Assembly (NCBI RefSeq): GCF_006345805.1
Contig: NC_043001.1
Span: 39,246,001 to 39,310,000, forward strand
Direction: 5' to 3'
Origin: Octopus sinensis
Taxonomy: Eukaryota
Length of the DNA: 64,000 nt
This document shows positions 11,900 through 25,790 of the stretch, one piece after another; the first letter of the stretch is position 1; every line of letters begins with the position of its first letter. The notes below the pieces were generated by a model. That model searched no databases. It saw only the letters and a list, made by a program, of their open reading frames with translations, and was not told the DNA's origin. Both the position numbers and the translations under genes were made by a program.

Positions 11900-14800
11900 A
11901 TCTTTTTCCCTACTGATTTCCAAAAAAACACGCTTTTGTAATTATGTTTCCTTTCTCGCTCTTTGCCTTCACCACTACCTCATCTCCGAAGGTTTCCACC
12001 TCTATTTCCACTCTACTTTCCATTCTGCCTCTGCCATCTTACTCTGTCACCTTATGCCTGCCACCATTCATTCTAATCACTCCAAAATACACACCCTTAA
12101 CCACCTTCTCCTACTTGCTTATTCCACCTTTTTTTCCTACTGCTCACCATTTATTGCACATTCCACCTTATGTTTCATCTTCCATCTGAACCACCTTTTC
12201 CATGACTTCCTCGCTTGCACTAAACAACATAAACTCCACTCACTCTTTCATCCTGTCCCACCTGATGCCACTAAACCCACCCCTCATTCCCACCCTTCCA
12301 CATACCACTTCCTCCTCTGTCTCCTTCCAGCCTTCCATTACTTCCACCATCCCTCCCCCACCGAGCTCATCCCCCCACTTCAGTCTGTTGTTACCATTCC
12401 TCCTGAACTCTCCTCTCTGAAGTAGATTTCTCTCTTCCCAATAAGGGTCTGCACTTCATTCCTCTCATACCATCCAGTAACAAGTTTCAGACTCATGCTA
12501 TTATCCTACACTTTGTGCACTACGTCAGGCTACATACACTATTCCACAACAGTCCACCTCCATCTAATGAAGAAGACTGTTTCACCCACTTCACCCACAA
12601 ATGGTACCAGCTCCTGGTCAGTTCCAAGCAGTTGATCAATTTGCAAGCATTTGCCAACATGTTGTGGACCGGTTCAACTTTTGCAGGTGTCCCTGACATT
12701 TTTTAACACCTCTCCAGCTGAACTCTCAGTCCTTCGATGTCTCTGGTGCCACAAACTGGCCAACAAGGGTGGAGTTATAGTGGTGTGGTGCACAGACTTT
12801 TACAAGGCTGAAGCTCTCCGTCAGCTTCAAGTCACCTCCTTCTATTGCCCTCTGCCCTCCAACCTCATGCCTAACTACCAACAGATTGCCCTCCACTATT
12901 CATGACTTCATTTCCTCCTTCCATCTCTCTCCTACCACCTCCAACCTCATTGTCCATATCCCACACACTCACACTATTTACTTCCTTTCCAAAGTTCACA
13001 AGCCCAACAACCCTGGCTACCCCAATCATCTCCACCTGCAACTGCCCCACTGAAATGATCTCCAAATACCTTAACCATGTCCTTGCCCCCTAGTGACTTC
13101 CCTCCCCTCACACACCCATGACACCAATCATGCTTTCTCTCTGTTTAACACTTTCTCCTTCCCTTCTAGCCCCTCTCAACTTTTCATTCATGTTGGAGTT
13201 TTACCAACAGGTCTTGGGAGTGAGAATGAGAATGGGCACCAACTATGCAAACCTGTTCGCTGGCTATGTTGAGGCCCAAATATTCTCCCAGTTCACTGGT
13301 CACACTCCAGCTATATGGTCACTATATTGATGACTGTACAGGCATGACCTGACTCTCCTGCAAACAACTGGACTTCTTCCTAACTTTGTCCAATCCTTCC
13401 ATCTTGCCCTCAAATTCTCCTGCACTATCTCTAACTCTTTCGTCAAATTTCTCAACATTTTTCTCAGCATACACCACTGTGCTCTCATTACCTCCATCCA
13501 CTACAAACACACTGACTCACACTCCTACCTTAGCTTATTCTCCTCTCACCCAACCCACACCAAGTTCTCCATCACCTACTCCCAATTCCTCCATCTACGT
13601 AAGCTCTGCAGTGACGACCATGACTTTGGGGCTCAGTCTCAACTCATGGCTCACCACGTCATAATACATGGATATCTCCTCACCATTATCCACACTGCCC
13701 TTGCTCATGCCTGATTTGTGGACCATGCTTCTGCTCTTTCTCCTCACTTATCACCCCTGCAACGCACCATTCTCTGAGCCTTCTGGCAACTCCAGCCCGA
13801 CCCCTCCACTTCACACATCTTTCCTAACTTACCTGTTCTCTCCTTAAAATAAGCCCATAACCTGTGTGACCTTCTGGTCCACAGTCTCTTCCCTACCCCT
13901 GCATCACAACCTGGTTCCTTCCTCTGCTCCTGTCCATGCTGTCACACCTGCCCCTACTTCTCCATCACCACCATCTTCACTGGCACCCATAACTGTCCCT
14001 GTCACATCACCGACTCCTTTGCCTGCACCTCTACTAATGTTATTTACTACATCTCATGCTCTTTCTGTCCTTCTTTATATATTGTTCAAAAGGGACACCA
14101 CTTGGCTGACTGGTTCGCAGAGCACCTCCAAGACATCAGACAATGACAGCCCAGTCTCACACCACTTCCTCTCTACTGGTTGTTCACTACAATATTTGTT
14201 TGTGTTGGAACTTTCTCTGCACTGGGGCCACCTGGACACTTGCCTTCACTGTGAACAGGAATTAATTTTCTCTTTTCATTCCTTTGCACCATATGGGATT
14301 AACTCACTTCTTATCTTCATTTGGTACCAACGCCACATGGATTCCCACACACCTCCCACATTTAACTCCCCCTTTCTACTAACACACCTACACATCACCT
14401 ACCTCAGTACCCTCACCACACACACATAACTATAAAATCACTCATACACACTTGTCAACACATTACTCACTTCACACACCACTATACACAACACTACACC
14501 GACCACTCCCCAGATACTCACAGGTCACCAACACATCTTCAATAGCGTCAAACCACACATAACACAAAATGCGAGCAGCCACACACCTGTTTTTTTAACT
14601 AAGTACAACACCGAAACACAACCATCATGCACACTCCCACACCCATACAAGCACATATTACCTGAACACAGACAATATATACACACACATGCAACATGCA
14701 TAAATACATGCATAAACAAAGATAACTTTCACCCACATATGCTATATACATGCCCACTATTTGGCCACAGAGATACATACACATGCATGTGCACGCACCT

Positions 14801-15180
14801 TCTGAACAAGCACACATGCACTGCTACATGCAAAATCACACATACACATGTTAGACTCACTTTTCCCCATTCACACATACAGACTCGAATACACACACAT
14901 GCTTGTGCATCTTAGTTTGTTGGGGTTACCATTACCATTATTATATTATCTCCATTTCATTCAACCTATTTTTTCCAGTCATCTCATCATGTCGGACCAT
15001 TGAACTCTGCAAACATTTTCTCTCTAGGTTTTTTTCATTCTCCCTCCAGTTTTTGCCTCTTAATCATTTCTCTCAAAGAGCTTAGGCTCAGCACATAAAA
15101 GACTTTTCCATTTTTCCCAAGCGTTAAATTAATACACCTGTTTGTTGTTTCCTACACGTTTTTCATCTTTTGTTTCCTGC
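11900..15180 (+). mobile_element. Degraded Penelope-like element (RT + GIY-YIG + CA-rich tail)
   Basis: Remnants FPKFTSPTTLATPIISTCNCPTEMISKYLNHVLAP and MGTNYANLFAGYVE..YIDD (PLE RT), then NVIYYIXCSLCPSLYIVQ...LADWFAEHL (GIY-YIG). Boundaries approximate. Confidence 0.85.
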
Positions 15181-15189
15181 TATAATATA

Positions 15190-15499
15190 TACACCATGAT
15201 CACGTGACCGACCAGACCATCAATGTTGTGTACACATCGATCACAATTGGTTCGCATTGTTGTTTGACCTTCAATGACGCGCACCCCGCTGGCTAAGCGA
15301 GTCAGGCCATAAGAAGAGTGGGAGAAAGAGTGGTTAGAAGATTACGGACAGGGATCACCACCCCCTGCCGAGCCTCGTGGAGCTTTTAGGTGTTTTCGTT
15401 CATAAACGACACAAACGCCCGGTCTGGGAGATTGAAACCAGGGGGCGATCCTGCAGACCGCGATTCCGCTGGCCTAAACCACTAGGCCATTGCGCCTCC
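15190..15499 (-). mobile_element. tRNA-derived SINE
   Basis: Minus-strand head tggaggcgcaatggcctagtggtttagg with an A-box (TGGCCTAGTGG) and a degenerate B-box (ggtttcaatctcc). Confidence 0.8.
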
Positions 15500-15543
15500 A
15501 CACACACACTATATTATATATATATATTATATATAATATATAT

Positions 15544-15589
<46 letters not shown>

Positions 15590-15593
<4 letters not shown>

Positions 15594-17000
15594 TGCTGGC
15601 CAAAATTTAGATCAGTGAAAAAAACTGCTGCCAAAATGAACTCCTTTCAGACTGATATATTTGACTACTTTTTCATTATAGATTCATAATTAGCAAATAG
15701 AAAAGATATACAAAACCTAAAGAAATGTTTAAATTTAATGCAGAAAATATGGATTGTATGAAAATGAAAAATTTAAGTCCATGACAAATAAAAAGTTTGA
15801 ATTGGGTATAGTCTATAAAAATTTTGGCATTTATGTTCAAGCTTTCTGTGTGTCAACAACTGCCAGTCACTCCCTATCTATTACACAACAGCAACAATGA
15901 GCAAATCTAAAATGTTGATGGATTTTGAACATGGTAGACTTGCAGAGCTCCAGATACAAAGCCTTTCTCAACATGCCATCTCCACTGAAATTGGTTGCAG
16001 TAAAATCTCCATTGCAAACTTCTTAAAAGACCCTGCGGCATACAGATAGAAAAGATTGACTAGCTGGCCAAAGAAAATTTCACTTGCATTTAGTAGGATT
16101 TGACGGAAAGTTAGGAAAGGCACTAGTTGATCATCAAACTAGATTAATGTACTTATGGATGTGGAATGTAGCTCAAGGAAGGTAAGATAACATTTGAGAG
16201 AGAGATAGAGAGAGGCTTAAAAAATCTTGAATGTCTTCAGAGACCTCATCTTCATCCATACCTCAAAACTACTTGTTTAGAATTTGCTCAGAATCAGCAG
16301 ACCTAGGATGTTTACAACTGGAAGAAAGTTTAATCCTGGGATGAGAAAAAATTCAGCCCTGATGGTCCTGATGGTCTCCAACAATATTGGCATGCAAAAG
16401 ATATTCCACTGGAGACTTTTTCAAATAAGCACAGTGGTGGAGGCTGTGTCATGGTGTGGGGTGCTTTCTTGAACAGAAGAACTATGGAACATTAGGTTGC
16501 GCAGAGACATCAAACAGCAGCTGGCTATGTTGGCATATTGGCACAGGCATCACTATTGACTGAAGGCTCTCGTTTGTGTGAAGAAGACTGGATTTATCAA
16601 CAGGGTAATACTACAATCCATAATTCTCGCAGGCCAAAGGATTTCTTCAGAACAAATAACATTCATCTTTTGAATCATCTTCCATGTTCTCCTGACTGAA
16701 ACCTCATTGAAAATCTTTGAGGATGGACGGCAAGAGATGTTTACAAGAATGAATTGCATTTTGAGACTGTGGATGCTCTTTGCTTAACAGTCCTCACCTT
16801 ATGGCATAACATTCTGGACAACCTCCGATAAAATGCTTGTTTTGAGTATGCCACAGCAAATTTTTGAAGTTATTCACAGGAATGGGGTAGAGCAACTAAC
16901 TACTAAGTACCCTTGTTTACTATTTATTCATTTATGTTTTTGTTATTTGTCATGGTGTTGACCAAGCAAAATATTGTTAGTTTTAATACAATGCATATTT
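15590..17000 (+). mobile_element. Decayed Tc1-family (Tc3-like) transposon
   Basis: Remnants [35 protein letters not shown] and PPCSPDXNLIENL, with stops and frameshifts. Confidence 0.88.
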
Positions 17001-17269
17001 TGTACATTTAATGATGAACATTTCTTGAGGTTTATGTATATTTTTTTTTATTTGCCAATTCATCATCATCCTCATCAGTACTTCCTTTGACAATCTCTCA
17101 GTTCCTTCTCTCTTCCTCCCCTCATATATACACTGTATACTATGCTGTTTTCATTTACTTTGAATACTTCACTAACAGCAGACATTCCTCTGTGAGAATT
17201 GAAAAATTATGTCAAAATAGATATCAAACTAAGCTAAAATCTCTGTTTTCCTAGCTTTAATTTCTGAAA

Positions 17270-19589
17270 TAAACTTTGCTTTTCACTGTGTCAAACCTGC
17301 TTTTATGCATCAACCTTAATTTAATATGTCCCTTCTTTAATCTAATATGGCCTGTTATTAATACCCCTTTCTTTCATATGAGCATGCTTCCTGTTCTCTT
17401 AATATCAATATTTTGTATTTCTCATGAAAATTCGGATATTCTGTCCAACACAGTGATGGCTATGGTTATCATCATCTGCCAAGCGCGCGGCAGAATTGGA
17501 TGCAGCATTGCATGCCTGCTGGATAGCACTTTCTTATGGGGATGTTTCGGCCCTCATGGCAGAAGTGGATGCAGCATCACAAGCCTGACAGATAGCACTC
17601 TTTTGTGGGGTTTCTGCAGCCCTTGCATCAGCAGCATGTACTTGATAGGTTTCATGCTACTCTGGAGTAGTTTCAGCTCTAGCAGCAGCAGCTCTTTTCA
17701 ACTGTCAACAGGACTTCTGGTCCTCAGATTCCTTATCCTGCCAGTGCTACTGCAGAAGACTTTCTGCCAATGCATGCTCTCTTTTCAGGTGGCATGCTTG
17801 TATTATCTGGAAAAGGAAAATAGGTTTTAGTGCACCATGTGATTATCAGTTCTACTATAAGCTAACAAAAGTTCCTTTATTCTGCCTTCCCACATAGCAT
17901 AACGTAACAGTGAATGCCACATAAAGTGGCATTCACTTTATGTGAATGCCACTGTGAACAGGAATTAATTTTCTCTTTTCATTCCTTTGCACCATATGGG
18001 ATTAACTCACTTCTTATCTTCATTTGGTACTAACGCCACATGGATTCCCACACACTTCCCACATTTAACTCCCCCTTTCTACTAACACACCTACACATCA
18101 CCTACCTCAGTACCCTCACCACACACACACACACAACTATAAAATCACTCATACACACTGTTCAACGCATTACTCACTTCACACACCACTATACACACAC
18201 TAGCACCGACCACTGTTCAGTACTCACACCACACACAATCTTCAATAGCGTCACCACACATACCACTATGCGAGCAGCCACACACACTGTTTAACTAAGT
18301 ACACACCGCACACCATCATGCACACTCCCACACCCATACAAGCACATATTACCTGAACACAGACAATATATACACATTGGTATGAAATTGGTATGGAGCT
18401 TTCTGAAAGATATGTACAGCTTTTGCTAATGGAAGCAAAATTGTTATTTAAAAATTGTTTCTTTGGGACAAATCATATATGATTGTTTAAAAAAGAAACG
18501 ACAATGCTAAAACGTATTTGAAACAATGGACAACAGTCGAAATATAATAGATGGGTAAATAAACATCCTAAAAGGAAAACAACACATTGGTAAGTTAACA
18601 AAGGTATTAACAAATAGAAGAGAGGAAAGGGAACATCAAGTAGCTTGGAATGGGTAGAGGTAAGCTTGCCAAAGTCTAATGCAGCTTAAATATGGAGATT
18701 AAGATTGTTTGGTATTGGATATTCATCACGTGCAGTGTTCCTAGCCAATTTAATCACAATCACAAGTGGACAATCAAAATATATAAATAGACAAAATCCT
18801 TTCACTTTTATAATATTCTCTAGCCAAAACTCAAACTATTCACACCAATATACATATAGAAAATATAGAAAGTATTAATACACAATTACAACATATAAAT
18901 AAATAATAAATGAAAAAAGGTAGAAACAACTAAAAGATATTCTGTAATGCAAATATACTACCATATACATTAAAAAATATGGAAAGCTGTCGAAATAAAT
19001 AGGCCAAATCCTTTCATTTTTATAATATTCTCAGACCAAAACTCAAACTACATACACTAATACACATAAAAAAATATAGAAAGTTATAATACATAATTAC
19101 AACATATAAATGAATAATAAATCAAAAGAATGTGATAACCACTAAAAAATATTCTCTAATGCCAATATACGACCATATAGATTTAAAAATTATAAGAGAA
19201 CCTACATACAAAAAAACTATGTCCATACAACGAATTTGGATAAATCATTTACATTAACATAAACATTTATTTACATGAAAACAAAATGACAGCTTCCAAG
19301 TCCTGTTTCGTGACAGGGTCACCATGCAGTCACGACAGTCAAAATAAATAAATAGACAAATTCTTTCATTTTATAAAAAATGAAAAAAGTATGGAAGATC
19401 CTACACACAAAAAACTATGTCCATTTACGCCCATTTATGGGAGAGCTCTGGGCAAAATGTTACAGTGCATGATCATCCCTTGAGACATAAGTAGTGTGTT
19501 TGTAAAGTTTGAAGAAAATCGGTGGAGAATTGTGGAAATGTATGTGTTAGTCATTATACACAGACATACTGTGATTTGTCGATACTAGA
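17270..19589 (-). mobile_element. Helitron remnant (5' region and N-terminal RepHel-like repeats) with internal ~212 bp tandem repeats at 18780-19400
   Basis: Minus strand 17830-17300 gives degenerate MPPEKRACIGRKSS...RAETTPE...RAAETPQKSA repeats. 17880-18540 is homologous to the Helitron-ended element at 31380-31600. Possible 5' TC at 19589. Confidence 0.55.
17950..18376 (+). repeat. Local copy of 14247-14686 (Penelope tail) inserted into the Helitron remnant
   Basis: Near-identical sequence from cactgtgaacaggaattaatt to gacaatatatacaca at both sites. Confidence 0.9.
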
Positions 19590-19599
19590 TTATGGTTGT

Positions 19600-19990
19600 A
19601 TAACAGAATACCACTTCTAACTCTTTCTGGAGCTATGGTAAGAAGCTAGATCCTGCTGCCTCACATATGGCTTTTCAGCAGCAACTCTCACCAGCTAGGG
19701 TTTGACCACAGTCTCCAGTAGCTTCACATAGCCATCAGAATTGAACCTAAGGCCCTGTTCATTAGTTATTGGGTGAATTCCAGCTGTAGACACAAAATGC
19801 CTGCTGTGTCCTTTCCAGTTGACCATGGCTTTAAGTCCCTGTTGCGGCTGTTCATGTTATGTTTCACAGCTTTTACAGTGTTCACAGAGCATTGAGCAGT
19901 AGTCATGATCTCAGTATTTTGATATCTGGTATGAATCATTATGATACAGTTAACTCTTTTCCCTTATTGAAATGGTTTTCAGTCCTCCAT
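19600..19990 (-). mobile_element. Tc1/mariner-superfamily transposase remnant
   Basis: Minus strand GLRFNSDGYVKLLETVVKP*LVRVAAEKPYVRQQDLASYHSSRK. Confidence 0.7.
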
Positions 19991-20299
19991 GTCAGTTAAC
20001 TTTTTCTTTAATCTTTATGCTTTCTAATGACATGGAGTGTTTACCAATATGTCAGGTTGTTCTTGGAAAAAGTAGACAAAAGAATCATCAAATTTAGCTT
20101 TACTAGCTGCCTCCCACAAAATTTCAGGCCTTCTGCCAATAGAAGAACGGATTCTTTTCTTTCTTCTTCTTCTTGTAATTATATCATCTGAGTTCAAATT
20201 CCACTGAGGTCAACTTTGCCTTTCATCCTTTTTAGGTTGATAAATTAAGTACCAGGGAAATACTAGGGATGATGTAATTGACTGTTGCCCTCTCCCAAA

Positions 20300-20338
20300 T
20301 TTCAGGCCTTGTGCCTATAGTAGAAAGAATTATTATTA

Positions 20339-20376
<38 letters not shown>

Positions 20377-20649
20377 TATTATTATCATCATCATCATTAT
20401 TATTCCAGTACTATATTTAAGAGATGAGGAATTACTCTCTTTTACTCTTTTACTTGTTTCAGTCAGGTGACTGTGGCCACGCTGGAGCACCGCCTTTAGT
20501 CGAACAAATCGCCCCCAGGGCTTATTTTTTGTAAGCCTAGTATTATTCTACCAGTCTCTTTTGCCGAACTGCTAAGTTACGGGGACGTAAACACACCAGC
20601 ATTAGTTGTCAAACGATGTTGGGGGACAAGTGCAGACACACAAACATAT

Positions 20650-20700
<51 letters not shown>

Positions 20701-20888
20701 ACAGGCTTCTTTCAGTTTCCGTCTACCAAATCCACTCACATGGCTTTGGTCGGCCCGATGCCATAGTAGAAGACATTTGCCCATGGTACCATGCAGTGGG
20801 ACAGAACCCGGAACCATGTGGTTCATAAGCAAGCTACTTACCACTGCTCTCTCGCTTAATAATAATAATAATAATAATATCATTATTA

Positions 20889-20921
<33 letters not shown>

Positions 20922-21420
20922 CATTGCGTGAGAGAGCAGTGCATGCCATCAAAGTGACACTGGGGTACAAATATCCGAAACCTAATATAATGATCACGAC
21001 TACCTGTCTGATAAGGGTACACCAGGCACATACATCACAATCATATGTGCATGACATGGTGATTTCATATCAAGATAATCGGTGCATGACCGTGCAGGTG
21101 GGGCCCAGTTAGAATTTTCTTCAGGTCGAGTAGACCATCCCACTCAAGAGGTCCCTGAATAAGGTTTATTTTAAGGATGATGAACAAAACACCCATGTTT
21201 CCAAAGGTGAATTATTCAAATCCCAAAGAATTCCTCTTAACACATGATTTTGATGCTCCCCTACTACTTCTGCTCATGATCAGAGATGCACATATCATCA
21301 GCCACTAAGGGACATGCTCAACTGGTTATGGTCAAACAACTGACAAGAAAATCTGTGGTATTGAGCTGAATATTTGCTGCATTCCATCTTTTATACCAAG
21401 ACAAAACAATGTACATGATA
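20300..21420. mobile_element. Cluster of SINE/retroposon fragments with (ATT)n and (TA)n tracts
   Basis: Recurrent SINE body (...gctggagcaccgcctttagtcgaacaaatcg...) also seen at 46745-46990. (ATT)n at 20333-20400 and 20858-20925. Confidence 0.7.
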
Positions 21421-21492
21421 ACATTTCTGACTCAAGAGTCAAGACTATTGAAAAGGTTGCAAGATGCAATGAAAATTTTAGGAAAATAAAAA

Positions 21493-21632
21493 AAAAGAAA
21501 GAAGTGGAAATTTTACCAGTGAGTGTGTTACATTATAAGGCACAAAAAGAAAATGACTCTCCCCAGACACAACAGAATATGCATCAACACACGAACTCAT
21601 ATAAAGAATCTTGCAAACCAAATACAAAAACG

Positions 21633-21693
<61 letters not shown>

Positions 21694-21792
21694 TACACAT
21701 ACATACATATATATATACATACATATATATTATGGATATATATACATACATATACATATATATATAATACATGCATATAATACATACATACA

Positions 21793-21824
<32 letters not shown>

Positions 21825-21938
21825 CATATATATACATACATACATATATATATACATACATACTATATATATATACATATATATATCATACATACATATA
21901 TATATACATACATACATACATATATATACATACATACA

Positions 21939-21970
<32 letters not shown>

Positions 21971-22107
21971 CATATATACATACATATATATACATACATA
22001 CATATATATATGCATACATACATATATATATACATACATACATATATATATACATACATATATATATATACATACATACATATATATATACATACATACA
22101 TATATAT

Positions 22108-22156
<49 letters not shown>

Positions 22157-22267
22157 AAAAAATACAAACTGGGACAAGAATGCAAAACATTTAGAAGACA
22201 ATACAAAAAACACGGACGGTACATTTGAAGCCTTCAATCTTCAGTCAAGAACCGGATCATCCTCGCA
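21493..22267 (-). mobile_element. Penelope-tail-like insertion carrying a ~520 bp (TA/TACA) microsatellite, flanked by 33 bp direct repeats
   Basis: caagatgcaatgaaaattttaggaaaataaaaa at 21460-21492 and 22268-22300. The inserted ends match the plus-strand element at 50220-50660. Confidence 0.65.
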
Positions 22268-22334
22268 CAAGATGCAATGAAAATTTTAGGAAAATAAAAA
22301 TAAGAAATATATATATATACATACATACATACAT

Positions 22335-22367
<33 letters not shown>

Positions 22368-22750
22368 CATATACACATACATATACATACATACATATAT
22401 ATATACATACATATATACATACATATACATATATATATACATACATATATACATACATATACATATATATACATACATATATACATATATAATATATATA
22501 TATATATATTATATTATACATACATACATATACACATACATACATACATATATATATATACATACATATATACATACATACATCCATATACATATATATA
22601 TACATATATATATTCATATACATACATATATATATATATATACATATACATACACATATATATACATACATATATACATATATATATGTACATATACATA
22701 TATATATATATACATATACACATATATACATATATGTATACATATACACG

Positions 22751-22791
<41 letters not shown>

Positions 22792-22805
22792 TCATATATA
22801 TATCA
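21635..22805. repeat. Compound (TA)n/(TACA)n microsatellite arrays (21635-22152 and 22308-22805)
   Basis: Directly visible; these explain the YI/MY-repeat ORFs. Confidence 0.98.
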
Positions 22806-24560
22806 TCATCATCATCATTGTCATCATTTAACGTTTGCTTTCCATGCTGGCATGTGTTTGACTGTTTGACTGAGAGCTGGCAAGCCAGAAGGCTGCACCA
22901 GGCTACAATCTGATCTGGCAAAGTTTCTGCAGCTGGATGCCCTTCGTGATGCCAAACACTCTGACAGTGTAGTGGGTGCTTTTTATGTTCCACCGGTATG
23001 AGGGCCAGTTTTATCTGGTACAGGCATCAATCACGATAGAATGGTGCTTTTTACATGCCACTGGCATGGGAGCATTGACCACATTTGGTGCTTTTTACAT
23101 GCTACTAGCACTGGCAACGAATGGTGCTTTTTATATGCCACTGGCATGGGACTAATTAGGCGGCACTGTTATCAACCAATCACGAATGGTGCTTTTTAAG
23201 GGCTACTGGCACGGGTGCCAACCAAACGGTACTGTCATCGATCACGATACTGACTTCACTTGACTCGACAGGTCTTCGCAAGTGTGGTTTATTGCCCAAT
23301 GATTGAAGTGTACTTGTAAATGGGCCAGTTATGCTGCACTTGCATAGGCCATAGTTACAGTCTCACTTGGCTTCCTGGGTCTTTTCAAGCACAGCATATG
23401 TCCAAAGGTCTCTCTCACTTGTCATCGCCACCGTGAGGCCCAATGTTTGAAGGCCGTGCTTCATCACCTCATCCCAGGTCTTCCTGGGTCTACCTCTTCC
23501 ACAGGTTCCCTCATCTGCTAGGGTGTGACAATTTTTCACACAGCTGTTCCCATCCATACGCAACACATAACCATACAAGAGCAGTTGTCTCTCTTGCACA
23601 CCATGTCTGATGTTTCGTATGTCCAACTTTTCTCTCTAGGCACTTACACTGTTGTGTATGCACACTGATATTACACATCCAGTGGGGCATACTAACTTCA
23701 TCCCTTGCAAGCTTACACATATCCTCAGCAGTTACAGCGCATGTTTCACTGCCATGTAACATGGCTCTTCACACACATATCATACAACCTACCTTTTACT
23801 TTGAGCAAGAGGCTCTTTGTCACCAGCAGAGGTAGGAGCTCTCTGAACTTTGCCCAGGCTATTCTTATTCTAGCAGCTATTCTTTCGGAGCATCCACCTC
23901 CACAACTGACTTGGTCACCTAGGTAACAGAAGCTATCAACTACTTGTAGTTTTTCCCTCTGGAATGTGATGAAAGCTGTTTTCTGCACATTTTCAATGTT
24001 TATTGCACCTGAGCAATTGTCACACACAAAAACTATCTTCCCACTTAGTCTTCCTTTGATATTGCTGCACCTCTAATGTGTCCATAGCTTACACTGGATA
24101 CATTTTAAGGAGTTTCTACCTACGCCTTTTCTACAGATCGAAGAGGGCCATCTACCTGAAGGGATTTGTGGTTTGTCTGCCTTTCCACTTATTAAGACTT
24201 TGGTTTTTGATATTTTGTCTTTAAGGCCCTTCAACACCTGAAACTTCTCTAATTTTTATAGTGACTCAGCTATCCTGGCTTGAATTCGTTTGTTATTTTC
24301 TGGAGGATTATAATGAATACGGGGGCTGAGGACTGATCCTTGGTGGACCCCTACCTCTACTTGGAATTCTTTACTGTACTTGTTGCCATCCCTCACCCTA
24401 CTGTCAGCATCCCTGTACAAGGCTTGTACAGCTCTCACTAACCACTCATCTATCCCTAGTTTCCTCATTGACCGCCAGATAAGGGATCAAGGAAGCCTGT
24501 CAAAGGCTTTCTCCATGTCACTGAAAGCCAGGAACAGAGGTTTATCATTGGTTAGGTAGT
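22805..24560 (-). mobile_element. 5'-truncated RTE LINE (RT C-terminal half plus 3' UTR)
   Basis: Minus ORFs MRKLGIDEWLVRAVQALYRD, VVDSFCYLGDQ and GRGRPRKTWDEV; (CAT)n tail. Confidence 0.92.
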
Positions 24561-24949
24561 TTTCCTCTTATGTTTCTTCATATTATGTATTTTCATCTTT
24601 TGTCTCAAGTTCTTCTTGAGCACTTCTAAATGTAAAACATAACTTTGAGACTTAATGATTAATCATATTCTTTCTCAAAACAATATACATACATATAAAT
24701 AAGTAACAAAGATGTACATGTGTCAGTTCATTACGGCTGTTTCAAGCGGTTCCATTTAATTGATTAATGAAAACATTACATCAATTTGAAAGAAACCATT
24801 CTTGTCAGAGGACCGCATAGACTTCAAACATAAAGGATAAACCATTTTTAACAAATTTACATCAATAATGTAAACCAAAATATTTACGCCATTTCCTTTT
24901 GCTATATCAGTGGAAGAATGAGCTTAGAAAATAATGCATACCTTGTTAG

Positions 24950-25790
24950 GCCTACTATAATTTAGAGTGTAGCAGAGGAAATAGTGGTGGTCAAGATAAA
25001 AGGAGTGGTGACGTAGTTACTTGTATTTAGAAAGCTTTATGTAGTATGTAGTCTTCAACCATTTAGAATTAACTCCATTGGGAGTTGTCAGCTGTATTCA
25101 GTTAATGATGATAAATCAATTAATGTTAGATAATCTATAATGTACTGGAACCATATATCTAGCTTTAACTGCATAAAAGATTAGGTTGCAAGGCTGGTAG
25201 TCAGAGAATGTCTGATGGAGAAGGGGTGGTAACTGGAAGAAAGAAGGATAGGGTGGTCAATACTTATTTAGATTATCAAATAAAGGGGAATATAATGAAA
25301 AACCAAAAGAGATAAGTAATATAAACTTTAGGGGTGGAAATTAGAATTGAAGGATACAGGAAGTAATAATTTATAACTTAGTAAATTTATAGTATTAAAC
25401 TGAGAAAATTAAAATCAATATATAGAATAAGGATAGAAATTTAACTTTAAATTTTCTACATACTTGTTAACACCCAGCAGGCTGGTTTATTTTTTTTTTT
25501 TTGTTCATGGGTGAAGATCTTTATATTGACCAAATATTTTAGGTCTTTTATCATATGCTTTAAGTCTTTTTCAAATTTCACCATAGCAGGATTTGGAGGA
25601 GTGTTCATATAAAATTTAGTGTTGTAAGTATCTTTTTCTATAGTTTTAGCAGGGTGTTTGGATTTTGATTTAGTATCATAAAAGAATGCTCTCCATCTCA
25701 TCCTAGTAATGAGACTGTTAGTTTTTTGTATTAGGGCTTCCATATATGCATCCTTAGATGGTAATGGGATATTTTAAACTGAACAAACTA
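24950..25790 (-). mobile_element. Penelope-like element N-terminal remnant
   Basis: ORF 25456..25743, LIQKTNSLITRMRWRAFFYD...FEKDL, matches the N-terminal motif of marine-invertebrate PLE ORFs. Left boundary uncertain. Confidence 0.65.

Noticed and set aside
15420-15499. tRNA-like sequence on the minus strand
   Set aside because: It is a SINE head with a degenerate B-box and no cloverleaf, continuous with the SINE body.
17157-17187. Candidate 31 bp exon (acceptor ttctcacag, donor GTAAAT)
   Set aside because: The length is not a multiple of 3, the phase 0 reading has a stop, and there is no phase-compatible partner.
17276-17830. 184-aa hydrophobic plus-strand ORF
   Set aside because: It is the antisense reading of decayed Helitron N-terminal repeats; no domain pattern is evident.
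21478-22993. Many long ORFs of YI/HT/MY/VC repeats
   Set aside because: They are translations of stop-poor (TA)n/(TACA)n microsatellite, not proteins. The same applies at 48088-48285, 50403-50701 and 51556-51850.
24888-24922. Candidate 35 bp micro-exon (acceptor ttttctaag, donor GTAAAT; HSSTDIAKGNG)
   Set aside because: It would run phase 1 to phase 0, breaking the phase 1 chain, and no credible phase 0-1 partner was found. The neighbouring 42 bp candidate at 24780-24821 is phase 0-0 with only a 66 bp intron. Left unresolved.
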